A stretch of 34,800 bases of DNA, taken from the sequence record SRR31156797_7476; one strand, 5' to 3'. Under the pieces are notes generated by a model. That model made no database searches, had not been told where the DNA came from, and worked only from the letters and a program-made list of their open reading frames with translations. Shown piece after piece: positions 27,427 to 34,800 of the stretch. Position 1 is the first letter of the stretch, and every line of letters begins with the position of its first letter. Made by a program: the position numbers and the translations under genes.

Positions 27427-28137
27427 ATGAAAGCGTCCCACCCAAACAAGGAATTTGAAGTCCTTTATGAAGAACTGGGATATACATTCAGGGACCCTGC
27501 CCTGGTCCTCCAGGCATTTCGGCATTCCTCCTATGTGAATGAACAGATGGGTGCCGGCCTTGAAGACAATGAGCGCCTCGAATTCCTGGGAGATGCCGTG
27601 CTCGATCTGGCCATCAGTCATTTGCTCATGGAAAAAAACAGGGATGCCGATGAGGGGGAACTCTCCAGATTCAGATCCATGGTGGTGGATGAAGCAGGGC
27701 TTCATGATGTTGCCACAAGGCTTGAACTGGGTCGTTATTTGCTTTTGGGAAAAGGGGAAGACCAGAGTCTCGGCAGGCAAAAACCGTCTATCCTTGCGGA
27801 CGTTACCGAAGCCCTTATCGGGGCCATTTATCTGGATGGCGGATTTGATGTTGCCAAAAAGATCATTGAGAAACTCTTTTCGCCACTGTTAAAGAAGGTG
27901 CGAACGGACGATCTGGTCCAGGATTTCAAGAGCTTGCTGCAGGAATTTACCCAGCAGGCGTTCAAAAGTCTTCCAAAATACCGGCTTACGGAAGAAACCG
28001 GGCCTGCACACGACAAGGTGTTTCGTATCGCTTTGGCTGTTAACGGCATGGTTTTGGCCGAGGGGATGGGAAAAAGCAAGAAAGAGGCTGAACAGCATGC
28101 GGCAAAGGAGGCGTTTTTGCGCCTGAAAGAAGATTGA
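27427..28137 (+). CDS. rnc: Ribonuclease III
   Basis: Signature NERLEFLGDAVL, EALIGAIYLDGG, dsRBD KS-LQE..GPAHDK-F..GKSKKEAEQ-AA. Confidence 0.98.
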   Translation: MKASHPNKEFEVLYEELGYTFRDPALVLQAFRHSSYVNEQMGAGLEDNERLEFLGDAVLDLAISHLLMEKNRDADEGELSRFRSMVVDEAGLHDVATRLELGRYLLLGKGEDQSLGRQKPSILADVTEALIGAIYLDGGFDVAKKIIEKLFSPLLKKVRTDDLVQDFKSLLQEFTQQAFKSLPKYRLTEETGPAHDKVFRIALAVNGMVLAEGMGKSKKEAEQHAAKEAFLRLKED

Positions 28138-29153
28138 GACCCCTGATTATCCCCATATTTATTTCCCATGCCGGATGTCCCCACAGATGCCTTTTCTGCG
28201 ACCAGGAAAAGATTTCCGCCCAACCATGTCATTCAATTGGCCCTCAACAGGTGTGCGAAACGCTGGATACGGCCATAGGTGCCAAAAGGTTTGATCCGAG
28301 CCGAAATACCGAGCTGGCCTTTTATGGCGGAACATTTACCGGGCTTAAAATAGCCCGCATGGAATCCCTGCTGAAAGCGGCGGCACCGTATGTGCATTCC
28401 GGAATGGTGAAATCCATCAGGATTTCAACGCGTCCCGATTCGCTGGATGAGCAACGCCTGGCGCTTTTGAAGGCATATGGTGTTACCACGGTGGAATTGG
28501 GCGCTCAATCCATGAATGACCGGGTCCTGGCACTTTCTCAAAGGGGTCATGCGGCCGGGGACACCGTAGCAGCGGTTCGAATGTTAAAGGAACACGGCTT
28601 CAAGGTGGGTATTCAGCTAATGCCGGGCCTTCCCGGCGATTCAAGTGAAGAATTCTTCGCCACCACCCGAAAGGTGCTGGCCCTAAAACCCCATATGGTG
28701 CGGCTGTATCCCGCCCTGGTGATAAAAGGGACCGGACTGGCCCGAATGTATGGGGAGGGGTCGTATCGACCCTTTTCTCTTAAGGAAGCCGTAGAGCTAT
28801 GTGTGGAAAGTGTCATTTTGCTTGAGGGAAATGGGATCCCGGTGATCAGGATCGGTCTTATGAGTTCGCCGTCGCTTCTGGATGAGGATCGCATCGTAGC
28901 AGGACCCTGGCACCCCGCCTTTGGATTTTTGGTCCGCTCGGCCATTCATTTCAGAGGCATTGCCCCAGATTTGCCGGTCCCCGGCGGGGCCCCATTGATC
29001 AAAATTTATGCCCCAATGCGGGAAATATCAATGGTAAGGGGCTATAAAAACAGGGGAATCAAGAAAATTGAACAAGAAACAGGGGCAAAGGTCATCTGTG
29101 TTGTGCCGGATGACACCGTTCCTCTGGGAAGGATTCGGTTAGAGAAGATATGA
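28134..29153 (+). CDS. Elp3/YhcC-like radical SAM protein
   Basis: IIPIFI-H-GCPHRCLFC, AFYGGTFT, STRPD, VELGAQS, QLMPGLPG, GPWHPAF. The TTG start overlaps the rnc stop and the stop overlaps the era start. Confidence 0.88.
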   Translation: MRPLIIPIFISHAGCPHRCLFCDQEKISAQPCHSIGPQQVCETLDTAIGAKRFDPSRNTELAFYGGTFTGLKIARMESLLKAAAPYVHSGMVKSIRISTRPDSLDEQRLALLKAYGVTTVELGAQSMNDRVLALSQRGHAAGDTVAAVRMLKEHGFKVGIQLMPGLPGDSSEEFFATTRKVLALKPHMVRLYPALVIKGTGLARMYGEGSYRPFSLKEAVELCVESVILLEGNGIPVIRIGLMSSPSLLDEDRIVAGPWHPAFGFLVRSAIHFRGIAPDLPVPGGAPLIKIYAPMREISMVRGYKNRGIKKIEQETGAKVICVVPDDTVPLGRIRLEKI

Positions 29154-30034
29154 GTTTTAAATCGGGTTTTATCGGCATTATCGGTCCACCCAACGTGGGT
29201 AAGTCGACCTTGTTAAACCGCATCATCGGGACGAAACTTGCCATTGTATCCCCCAAGCCGCAAACCACGAGAAACCGAATCCTGGGCGTTTTTCACCAGG
29301 ATGACTGCCAGATGGTCTTCATGGACACGCCGGGGATTCACCGAACACGGACGGCGCTTCACAAATCAATGGTTGATGCCGCTTTTGCCGCCTTTCATGA
29401 AGTGGACATTATTCTGATGATGATTCAAGCGGGTGCCCGTGAGGATCCCGCCGTTCCATCCATCATCAATGGTTTGAAATCAATTGAAAAACCCTTGTTT
29501 TTGGCCGTTAATAAAATTGATAAGGTTGAAAAAGAAAGGATTCTCCCGATTTTAGGGGATTATGGGGAAAGATTTCCCTTTGATGCCATGATTCCCATCT
29601 CAGCGCTCAAGGGCCATGGCGTGGATGCATTACTGCGCCAATTGAAATTGCGCTTGAAACCGGGGCCTGCGTTTTTTCCTTCGGATATGAACACCGATCA
29701 ATCGGAGGCGTTCATGGTTTCTGAAATTATTCGGGAGAAAATTTATCAATATCTCAGTCAGGAACTCCCCTATTCATGTGCCGTAACCGTTTTTCAGATT
29801 GAAGATGTGCCTGAGAAAAATCTGGTATCCATTGGGGCCGGAATCCATGTTGAAACCGAATCCCAAAAAGGTATCTTCATAGGCCGTGGCGGGAAGATGA
29901 TCAGAAACATTGGTCGTTCCGCGAGGCTTGAGTTGGAAGCGTTTTTCCAAGCAAGGGTCTATCTTGACCTGGCGGTACGTCTTGAGAAAAACTGGAGCAA
30001 AGACACCCGTGCTTTGAAACGGTTGGGATATTGA
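29150..30034 (+). CDS. era: GTPase Era
   Basis: FKSGFI-IIGPPNVGKSTL, PQTTRNRI, DTPG, NKID, ISALKG, EIIREK, ELPYS, KH domain IG-GG, LGY end. Confidence 0.98.
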   Translation: MSFKSGFIGIIGPPNVGKSTLLNRIIGTKLAIVSPKPQTTRNRILGVFHQDDCQMVFMDTPGIHRTRTALHKSMVDAAFAAFHEVDIILMMIQAGAREDPAVPSIINGLKSIEKPLFLAVNKIDKVEKERILPILGDYGERFPFDAMIPISALKGHGVDALLRQLKLRLKPGPAFFPSDMNTDQSEAFMVSEIIREKIYQYLSQELPYSCAVTVFQIEDVPEKNLVSIGAGIHVETESQKGIFIGRGGKMIRNIGRSARLELEAFFQARVYLDLAVRLEKNWSKDTRALKRLGY

Positions 30035-30061
30035 GGCCGGATTGCAGATTTTGGGAGACAT

Positions 30062-30094
30062 AAAAAAACCAACCCCGCAAGGCGAGGTTGGTTT
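30062..30094 (-). terminator. Intrinsic terminator, best on the minus strand and probably bidirectional
   Basis: Minus RNA AAACCAACCUCGC-CUU-GCGGGGUUGGUUU forms a 13-bp stem with one G-U pair and ends in a U7 run. On the plus strand the same pair is a C-A mismatch and the tail is UUUCUU. Confidence 0.85.
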
Positions 30095-30131
30095 CTTAGG
30101 AGGAAAGAGTAATTTTAAACTCTATATGACC
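30062..30131 (-). ncRNA. Predicted sigma54-dependent small RNA (~70 nt) with an anti-Shine-Dalgarno segment
   Basis: Lies between a -24/-12 promoter and a terminator and contains no ORF. Sequence: GGUCAUAUAGAGUUUAAAAUUACUCUUUCCUCCUAAGAAACCAACCUCGCCUUGCGGGGUUGGUUUUUUU. The 5' end is inferred from promoter geometry. Confidence 0.72.
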
Positions 30132-30141
30132 ATTGCTATAC

Positions 30142-30157
30142 TGCAATTAGCTTGCCA
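30142..30157 (-). promoter_or_regulatory. Sigma54 (-24/-12) promoter
   Basis: TGGCAAGCTAATTGCA: GG-N10-GC with both TGGCA and TTGCA elements. Confidence 0.85.
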
Positions 30158-30185
30158 AAAAAACCACAGGCTGTCAAATTTTCCA

Positions 30186-30198
30186 TAACCTATTGTTT
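30186..30198 (-). promoter_or_regulatory. IHF-like site
   Basis: AAACAATAGGTTA versus WATCAANNNNTTR (one mismatch), lying between the promoter and the enhancer-like sites. Confidence 0.45.
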
Positions 30199-30257
30199 TT
30201 TATGGGGTGAATTGGGGTTGACCATCTTTTTTAGTTTTATGACGGAAGACCGAAATA

Positions 30258-30273
30258 GTACAATATTTTGTAC
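30258..30273. promoter_or_regulatory. Putative enhancer (UAS) 1
   Basis: Palindrome GTACAA-tatt-TTGTAC centred about 134 bp upstream of the predicted start. Confidence 0.65.
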
Positions 30274-30334
30274 CAAAAATGCGCCTTAAAAAGCTTTACA
30301 GCTGCAAAACATTGAAATATTTAATGATTATCGA

Positions 30335-30350
30335 GTACAAGACCTTTTAC
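30335..30350. promoter_or_regulatory. Putative enhancer (UAS) 2
   Basis: GTACAA-gacc-TTTTAC, one mismatch to the UAS 1 palindrome, same flanks (a...ca), 77 bp away. Confidence 0.55.
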
Positions 30351-30352
30351 CA

Positions 30353-31717
30353 TTATAGGATGATGTTGTACTTTTTCATTTTGTGCTGAATCAGGCTTTT
30401 GGTTATCCCCAGGCTTTTGGCTGCGTGGGACTGAACATTGTTGGATTGGGCCAGGGCTCTTCGAACAAGCCTTTCTTCTATCTCTTCCATGGCTTTGGCC
30501 AGGGGGATATGGGCAGGGACAAATCGCTCCACATCGAATTCGGTTTCCGTGTCCACGAGTGTTTTCGGTAGATCATCCAGAGTGATAACACCGTCCGTAT
30601 GCAGCACCATGGCCCTTTCAATAACATTCTCCAATTCCCTGACGTTTCCCGGCCATGGGTGTGTGTAAAGCGCTTTCCATACTTCAGGGCGTAGCTCGAT
30701 TTTCTTTTGGCTATCCCCATCTTGAAATTTCTCAATGAAATGTTTTACGAGTAGCGGGATATCGTCTGTGCGCTCCTGAAGTGACGGTGCGTCGACGTGT
30801 ATCACATTCAGACGGTAGTAGAGGTCTTCACGAAATACCCCTTTTGCCACGTCCTCTTTGATGTTTCGATTTGAAGCTGAAAGGACGCGAACATCCACTT
30901 TGATGGTTCGGGTTCCCCCCACCCGTTCAAGCTCCATTTCCTGGAGGACCCGGAGGAGTTTAACCTGAAGGGCCGGCGGCATTTCCCCCACTTCGTCGAG
31001 AAAGATGGTACCCCCGTCCGCCAATTCAAATCGTCCTTTTTTCATGGCGATGGCCCCTGTAAACGCACCTTTTTCGTGCCCGAACAGTTCGCTGGCCAGA
31101 AGTGTTTCCGTGAGCGCCCCGCAGTTGATGGAAATGAGCGGTCTTTCTTTTCGGGGCCCCTGGTAGTGAATGGCTTTGGCAATGAGTTCTTTTCCGGTGC
31201 CCGATGGGCCGGTAATGAGAACCGACGCCTTGGAACTGGAGACCTTGTCGATGAGGTCATACACTTTCATCATCGGCTTACTTTTGCCCACCATATTGCC
31301 ATATCTGAAGCGATCGGAAAGGGCTTCCGCCAGCAGTCTGTTATCTTTCAACAGCCGGTGGTTCTCCATTGCCTTTTTTACCGTCAGCTTGAGCTTCTCA
31401 TTTTCAAATGGTTTCTGAATGTAATCATAGGCATGTTTTTTCATGGCCTCAACCGCCATTTCAATGGTTCCAAAGGCGGTCATCATGATGATGGGGATTT
31501 CCGGATTGATTTTTTTGCAAGTCTCAAGCAGTTCCATACCGCTCATGCCCGGCATTTTCATATCCGTGATGATCAGGTCGAGATCGGCTTCACGAAGGAT
31601 GCTGACAGCCATTTTGGCATCCCTGGCCGTTACGATTTCATACCCTTCAGCACCCAGAAGTGCTTCAAGCACAACGAGATAGTTTTTTTCATCATCAACA
31701 ATCAGGATGGTTTCCAT
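30353..31717 (-). CDS. NtrC-family sigma54-dependent response regulator (REC-AAA+-HTH)
   Basis: ILIVDDE, ITDMKMPGM, MTAFG, KPF; GPSGTGKE, SELFGHEKGAFTGA, FLDE, FREDLYYRL, WPGNVREL; Fis-type HTH. Start ATG 31717 with GGGAG RBS. Confidence 0.96.
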   Translation of the reverse strand: METILIVDDEKNYLVVLEALLGAEGYEIVTARDAKMAVSILREADLDLIITDMKMPGMSGMELLETCKKINPEIPIIMMTAFGTIEMAVEAMKKHAYDYIQKPFENEKLKLTVKKAMENHRLLKDNRLLAEALSDRFRYGNMVGKSKPMMKVYDLIDKVSSSKASVLITGPSGTGKELIAKAIHYQGPRKERPLISINCGALTETLLASELFGHEKGAFTGAIAMKKGRFELADGGTIFLDEVGEMPPALQVKLLRVLQEMELERVGGTRTIKVDVRVLSASNRNIKEDVAKGVFREDLYYRLNVIHVDAPSLQERTDDIPLLVKHFIEKFQDGDSQKKIELRPEVWKALYTHPWPGNVRELENVIERAMVLHTDGVITLDDLPKTLVDTETEFDVERFVPAHIPLAKAMEEIEERLVRRALAQSNNVQSHAAKSLGITKSLIQHKMKKYNIIL

Positions 31718-31748
31718 ATTTTTTGACTCCCTGAACAAAGAATCCGGA

Positions 31749-33194
31749 TTATCCCTTCGGTAGCCGAATAAGAACTCTGGTTCCCGTTTTTTCGGCATCG
31801 GATTCTTCATGATGGTTCTCGATCCATATGCCGCCCTTGTGGCCTTCGATGATATTGCGGACAATGGAAAGACCCAGGCCGCTTCCCTTGTCTTTGGTGC
31901 TGAAAAAAGGATCGAAGATCTTTTTCAAGTCTTTTTCACGAATGCCGCCCCCGTTATCTTCAATGATCACACGGTAATCATCTTTTTCTTGGGATACGCT
32001 GACTGAAAGGGTTCCGGCGTTTTCCATTGCTTGAATGGCGTTCATGAAAATATTTAGAAAAGAGCGGTAGAGCAAATGGGGATCTGCCCTGAGCGGCATG
32101 GGCTGATGGGACAATTTGTCCTCGAGTGAAATATTTTTGGTCTTAAGTTCCGCTTGTAAAAATTGTATGTTTTTGTTCAAGATTTCATCCAGATCACAGT
32201 TCTGAAAATGAGGTTCTTGCGGTCGGGCGAAGTCGAGGAATTCCGTAACAATATTGTTAAGCCGACTGGATTCTTCAACAATCAGGCCGGAGAGCTTGGC
32301 CTGTGATTTGTTGTCGGTCGACATGCTGCCCATCAGCTCGGCGGTGCTCCGAATGATTCCAAGCGGGTTTCTGATTTCATGGGATACGCCGGCAATCATC
32401 TCTCCCAGAGCCGCAAGCCGTTCCGACTGATTGAGCTGTGTTTCCAGCTCTCGTTGCTCCCTGGCTCTTTCAGCAATGGTTTTTTCCGCTTTGTGTACGA
32501 TCAGAAGAAGCGCCACAAAAATCATGCCCATGATCAGGATTGACAGACCGAAAATCAGATACTGAAATCGAACCAGGGATTCATATTCCTGCGTAAGGTC
32601 CTGTATCAATTCAAAGACGCCCAAAACATGCCCGGTGTCCCCCAGAAAAGGCCCTGCCCCCATGAATGGAATATAGGTCCTCAGCTTTTTTTCTCCCCCC
32701 GCTCGTTGAATACCGGTGCTCCATATGCCCTCTCCACCGGATACGAGTCTGGAAGAATTCTGGCCCAGAACCGCTTTTTTGTAGCCAAGGCTCTCCCGCA
32801 CTTTTTTTCCAATAAGATCGGGATCGGTGCTATAGGCGATAACGCCCTGGTTGATATCGTACATATTGACCAGATCGATTTTAAAGCTGTGGGTGGTATT
32901 TCGGACGATTCGATCCATCAAGGCCTGCTGTCGTTTTTCCCTTAACCGCATTTTTCCGAACTTTTGCGTGACGGGCAATACAAAATTTTGAAATACCTGG
33001 TGATTCAGGTTTTCACCCAGCAGCAGGGCGTAGGTTTCATGACTTTTCATGAGGATGTCTTTGGCACGTTGCGAAATGACCATGGAAAAGGGCAAACTGA
33101 ATATGATAAGAACAACAAAACTGGCATAGGCGAAAAACTTAACGAGCCTGAATTGTTTCCCCTTTGTTTCAGTTTTTTTATTTGGAAGCGGCAT
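31749..33194 (-). CDS. Membrane sensor histidine kinase (2 TM, periplasmic domain), cognate to the downstream regulator
   Basis: Two TM segments, H-box SHEIRNPL, N-box NIFMNA, DNGGGI, FDPFFSTK, GSGLGL. Start uncertain (33194, 33209 or 33281). Confidence 0.93.
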   Translation of the reverse strand: MPLPNKKTETKGKQFRLVKFFAYASFVVLIIFSLPFSMVISQRAKDILMKSHETYALLLGENLNHQVFQNFVLPVTQKFGKMRLREKRQQALMDRIVRNTTHSFKIDLVNMYDINQGVIAYSTDPDLIGKKVRESLGYKKAVLGQNSSRLVSGGEGIWSTGIQRAGGEKKLRTYIPFMGAGPFLGDTGHVLGVFELIQDLTQEYESLVRFQYLIFGLSILIMGMIFVALLLIVHKAEKTIAERAREQRELETQLNQSERLAALGEMIAGVSHEIRNPLGIIRSTAELMGSMSTDNKSQAKLSGLIVEESSRLNNIVTEFLDFARPQEPHFQNCDLDEILNKNIQFLQAELKTKNISLEDKLSHQPMPLRADPHLLYRSFLNIFMNAIQAMENAGTLSVSVSQEKDDYRVIIEDNGGGIREKDLKKIFDPFFSTKDKGSGLGLSIVRNIIEGHKGGIWIENHHEESDAEKTGTRVLIRLPKG

Positions 33195-33327
33195 CTTTTC
33201 CTTATACATAGGGTCGGCAGAGCCCGTTTCTTTTCTGTCCACATTCTTGCCGGGAAATAAAATTTCTGGTATTTTAAGCATTCGGACGGATCGTAGTCAA
33301 CAAGTAGGTATCAGAAAAGGCATCCAT

Positions 33328-34617
33328 ATGACAGCCCGAAATTTACGAGACCTCCCTTTCATGCTTTACGCAGACCCTGAAGGGAGGATTTATGAGCATC
33401 CATATCTCAGAATGGCCGGATTTTCCGGATCAAAGCACTCTCTGGTGGAACCGGAAGACCTGGTGATCATGCCGGAATTCAGCAAGCTCTTTTATATCCC
33501 CTCCTGTCCACCTCTGGGTCTTGACCCCCATACGGGACGACTGAAAACCGTTTATGAAATGGATGTGGAAGGGATTTCCACCCCCTGCCATGCGGTCGCC
33601 GTTTTTCTTGAACCGGGATTTGTCAGAACCCATCTTCCCGCGGCGGATTACAGTGAGAAATCCTTTGTGTTGCCGTCATGGGCCTATGGGGCCGTCGGCT
33701 TCAGGAACGACCAGTATTGGGCTGCGGCATTTGAGGTGGAGTATAATGAGCGATGGGATCCCCGTCATTATGACGACCGGGAACTGCTCCCGGCCATTTC
33801 CGATTTCAAGGAAAATAATTCAGGCGGGCCACTTGTCAACCATTTGACGACTTGCGCAACGGAAAACCATTGTTTTGCCGCAAAAAATCTATTCCTGAAA
33901 AGATGGGAAGCCCCACTGCCGGTCAGTCAAAAATGTAATGCCGCCTGCCTGGGCTGCCTTTCCCTTCAGCCGGGTGCTTCCTTTGAAGCGTCCCATGATA
34001 GGATCAGGTTCACCCCTTCAATGGATGAAATTGTGAATCTGGCCGTGGCACATTTAAACCATGCCCCTGAGGCCATTGTGAGTTTCGGGCAGGGTTGTGA
34101 GGGGGAACCTCTCACGGAATATGGGTTGATTGCGGATAGCATCAAGGAAATTCGAAGACAGACCCGAAACGGTACCATCAACCTGAATACCAACGGCAGT
34201 TTTCCCGACCGGATTCGAAAGATTGCGGAAAGCGGGCTGGATTCCATCCGCATCAGCTTGAACAGTGCCAGGCCGGATTTTTATGGTGCCTATTATCGAC
34301 CCAAAGCCTATGGATTTAATGACGTCATTGACGCCATCGCTTTGTCACGGAAGCTGGGGATGTATACCATGTTGAACTATCTGGTTTTTCCCGGCATTTC
34401 CGACCAGGCGGAAGAGATGGAGGCTTTGACGGCGTTGATTTCCAAAACCGGCGTAAACTTCCTCCATTTGAAAAACCTCTGTATTGACCCGGCCTTTTAT
34501 CTGGAAAATATGCCTGTAACCGGTGGTAAATCCATCGGAATGCGAAAAATGGCGGATCGTCTGAAGGAACGTTTCCCAGACCTGGAGTTGGGCTATTTTA
34601 ATCAGCCCGTTCGGTAA
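33328..34617 (+). CDS. Radical SAM protein of unknown function
   Basis: CNAACLGC motif, SFGQGCEGEP, NLNTNGS, DSIRISLNS; long N-terminal extension. Start set at ATG 33328. Confidence 0.88.
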   Translation: MTARNLRDLPFMLYADPEGRIYEHPYLRMAGFSGSKHSLVEPEDLVIMPEFSKLFYIPSCPPLGLDPHTGRLKTVYEMDVEGISTPCHAVAVFLEPGFVRTHLPAADYSEKSFVLPSWAYGAVGFRNDQYWAAAFEVEYNERWDPRHYDDRELLPAISDFKENNSGGPLVNHLTTCATENHCFAAKNLFLKRWEAPLPVSQKCNAACLGCLSLQPGASFEASHDRIRFTPSMDEIVNLAVAHLNHAPEAIVSFGQGCEGEPLTEYGLIADSIKEIRRQTRNGTINLNTNGSFPDRIRKIAESGLDSIRISLNSARPDFYGAYYRPKAYGFNDVIDAIALSRKLGMYTMLNYLVFPGISDQAEEMEALTALISKTGVNFLHLKNLCIDPAFYLENMPVTGGKSIGMRKMADRLKERFPDLELGYFNQPVR

Positions 34618-34800
34618 GCTTCTAGTCGAGTTGTGTATGAAAATCGCAATCGTTCACCGGGTGCAGCAAAATCACTTGTAAAGCCGATCAGCGCGTCTGG
34701 GCTGGTTTTTTGTAAATATTAACACCCAAAGGCACTCCCCTTTTCCATATTTTCAAATCTTCGAATTATGCATCCTGCCCCCTGACAACTGTCCCCTGCA

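Noticed and set aside
30098-30188. Plus-strand AGGAGG followed by a 20-codon ORF (ATG 30126, MTIAILQLACQKNHRLSNFP)
   Set aside because: The SD-to-ATG gap is 22 nt, the ORF lies just after a terminator and runs through the sigma54 promoter; AGGAGG is better explained as the complement of the sRNA seed.
34620-34800. Minus-strand short frames, including a possible gene end (...QGTVVRGQDA*) and a TTG frame with an internal TGA
   Set aside because: Too little sequence to assign a gene; no SECIS-like hairpin or redox motif to support selenocysteine readthrough.

Overview
Gene-dense chromosomal window from a bacterium whose gene content suggests a Desulfobacterota / deltaproteobacterial anaerobe (inferred, not verified). 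No mobile elements, CRISPR arrays, tRNAs or rRNAs were seen. In order it holds: the 5' part of acetyl-CoA synthetase; a CoA-transferase-like/GNAT fusion; a cNMP-CBS-DUF294 protein plus DEDDh exonuclease; a GAF / atypical kinase / USP / larB operon; a stand-alone divergent EF-G; GspB/GspA; a crotonase; moaA; an amidohydrolase; priA; a cysteine desulfurase; a run of fabH, hydrolase, split pqiA(letA), 4xMCE protein and a fused glycosyltransferase; rnc-rSAM-era; a sigma54 activator/histidine kinase pair; and a radical SAM gene. The strongest unexplained signal is the ORF-less gap at 30035-30352, which reads as a complete sigma54 transcription unit on the minus strand. It has two GTACAA-N4-TTGTAC enhancer-like palindromes, an IHF-like site, an exactly spaced -24/-12 promoter and an intrinsic terminator. 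The ~70-nt RNA it would produce carries an exposed anti-Shine-Dalgarno sequence, and the unit sits directly behind the NtrC-family regulator gene. Second, two proteins next to acs look like catalytically degenerate enzymes possibly repurposed as sensors.
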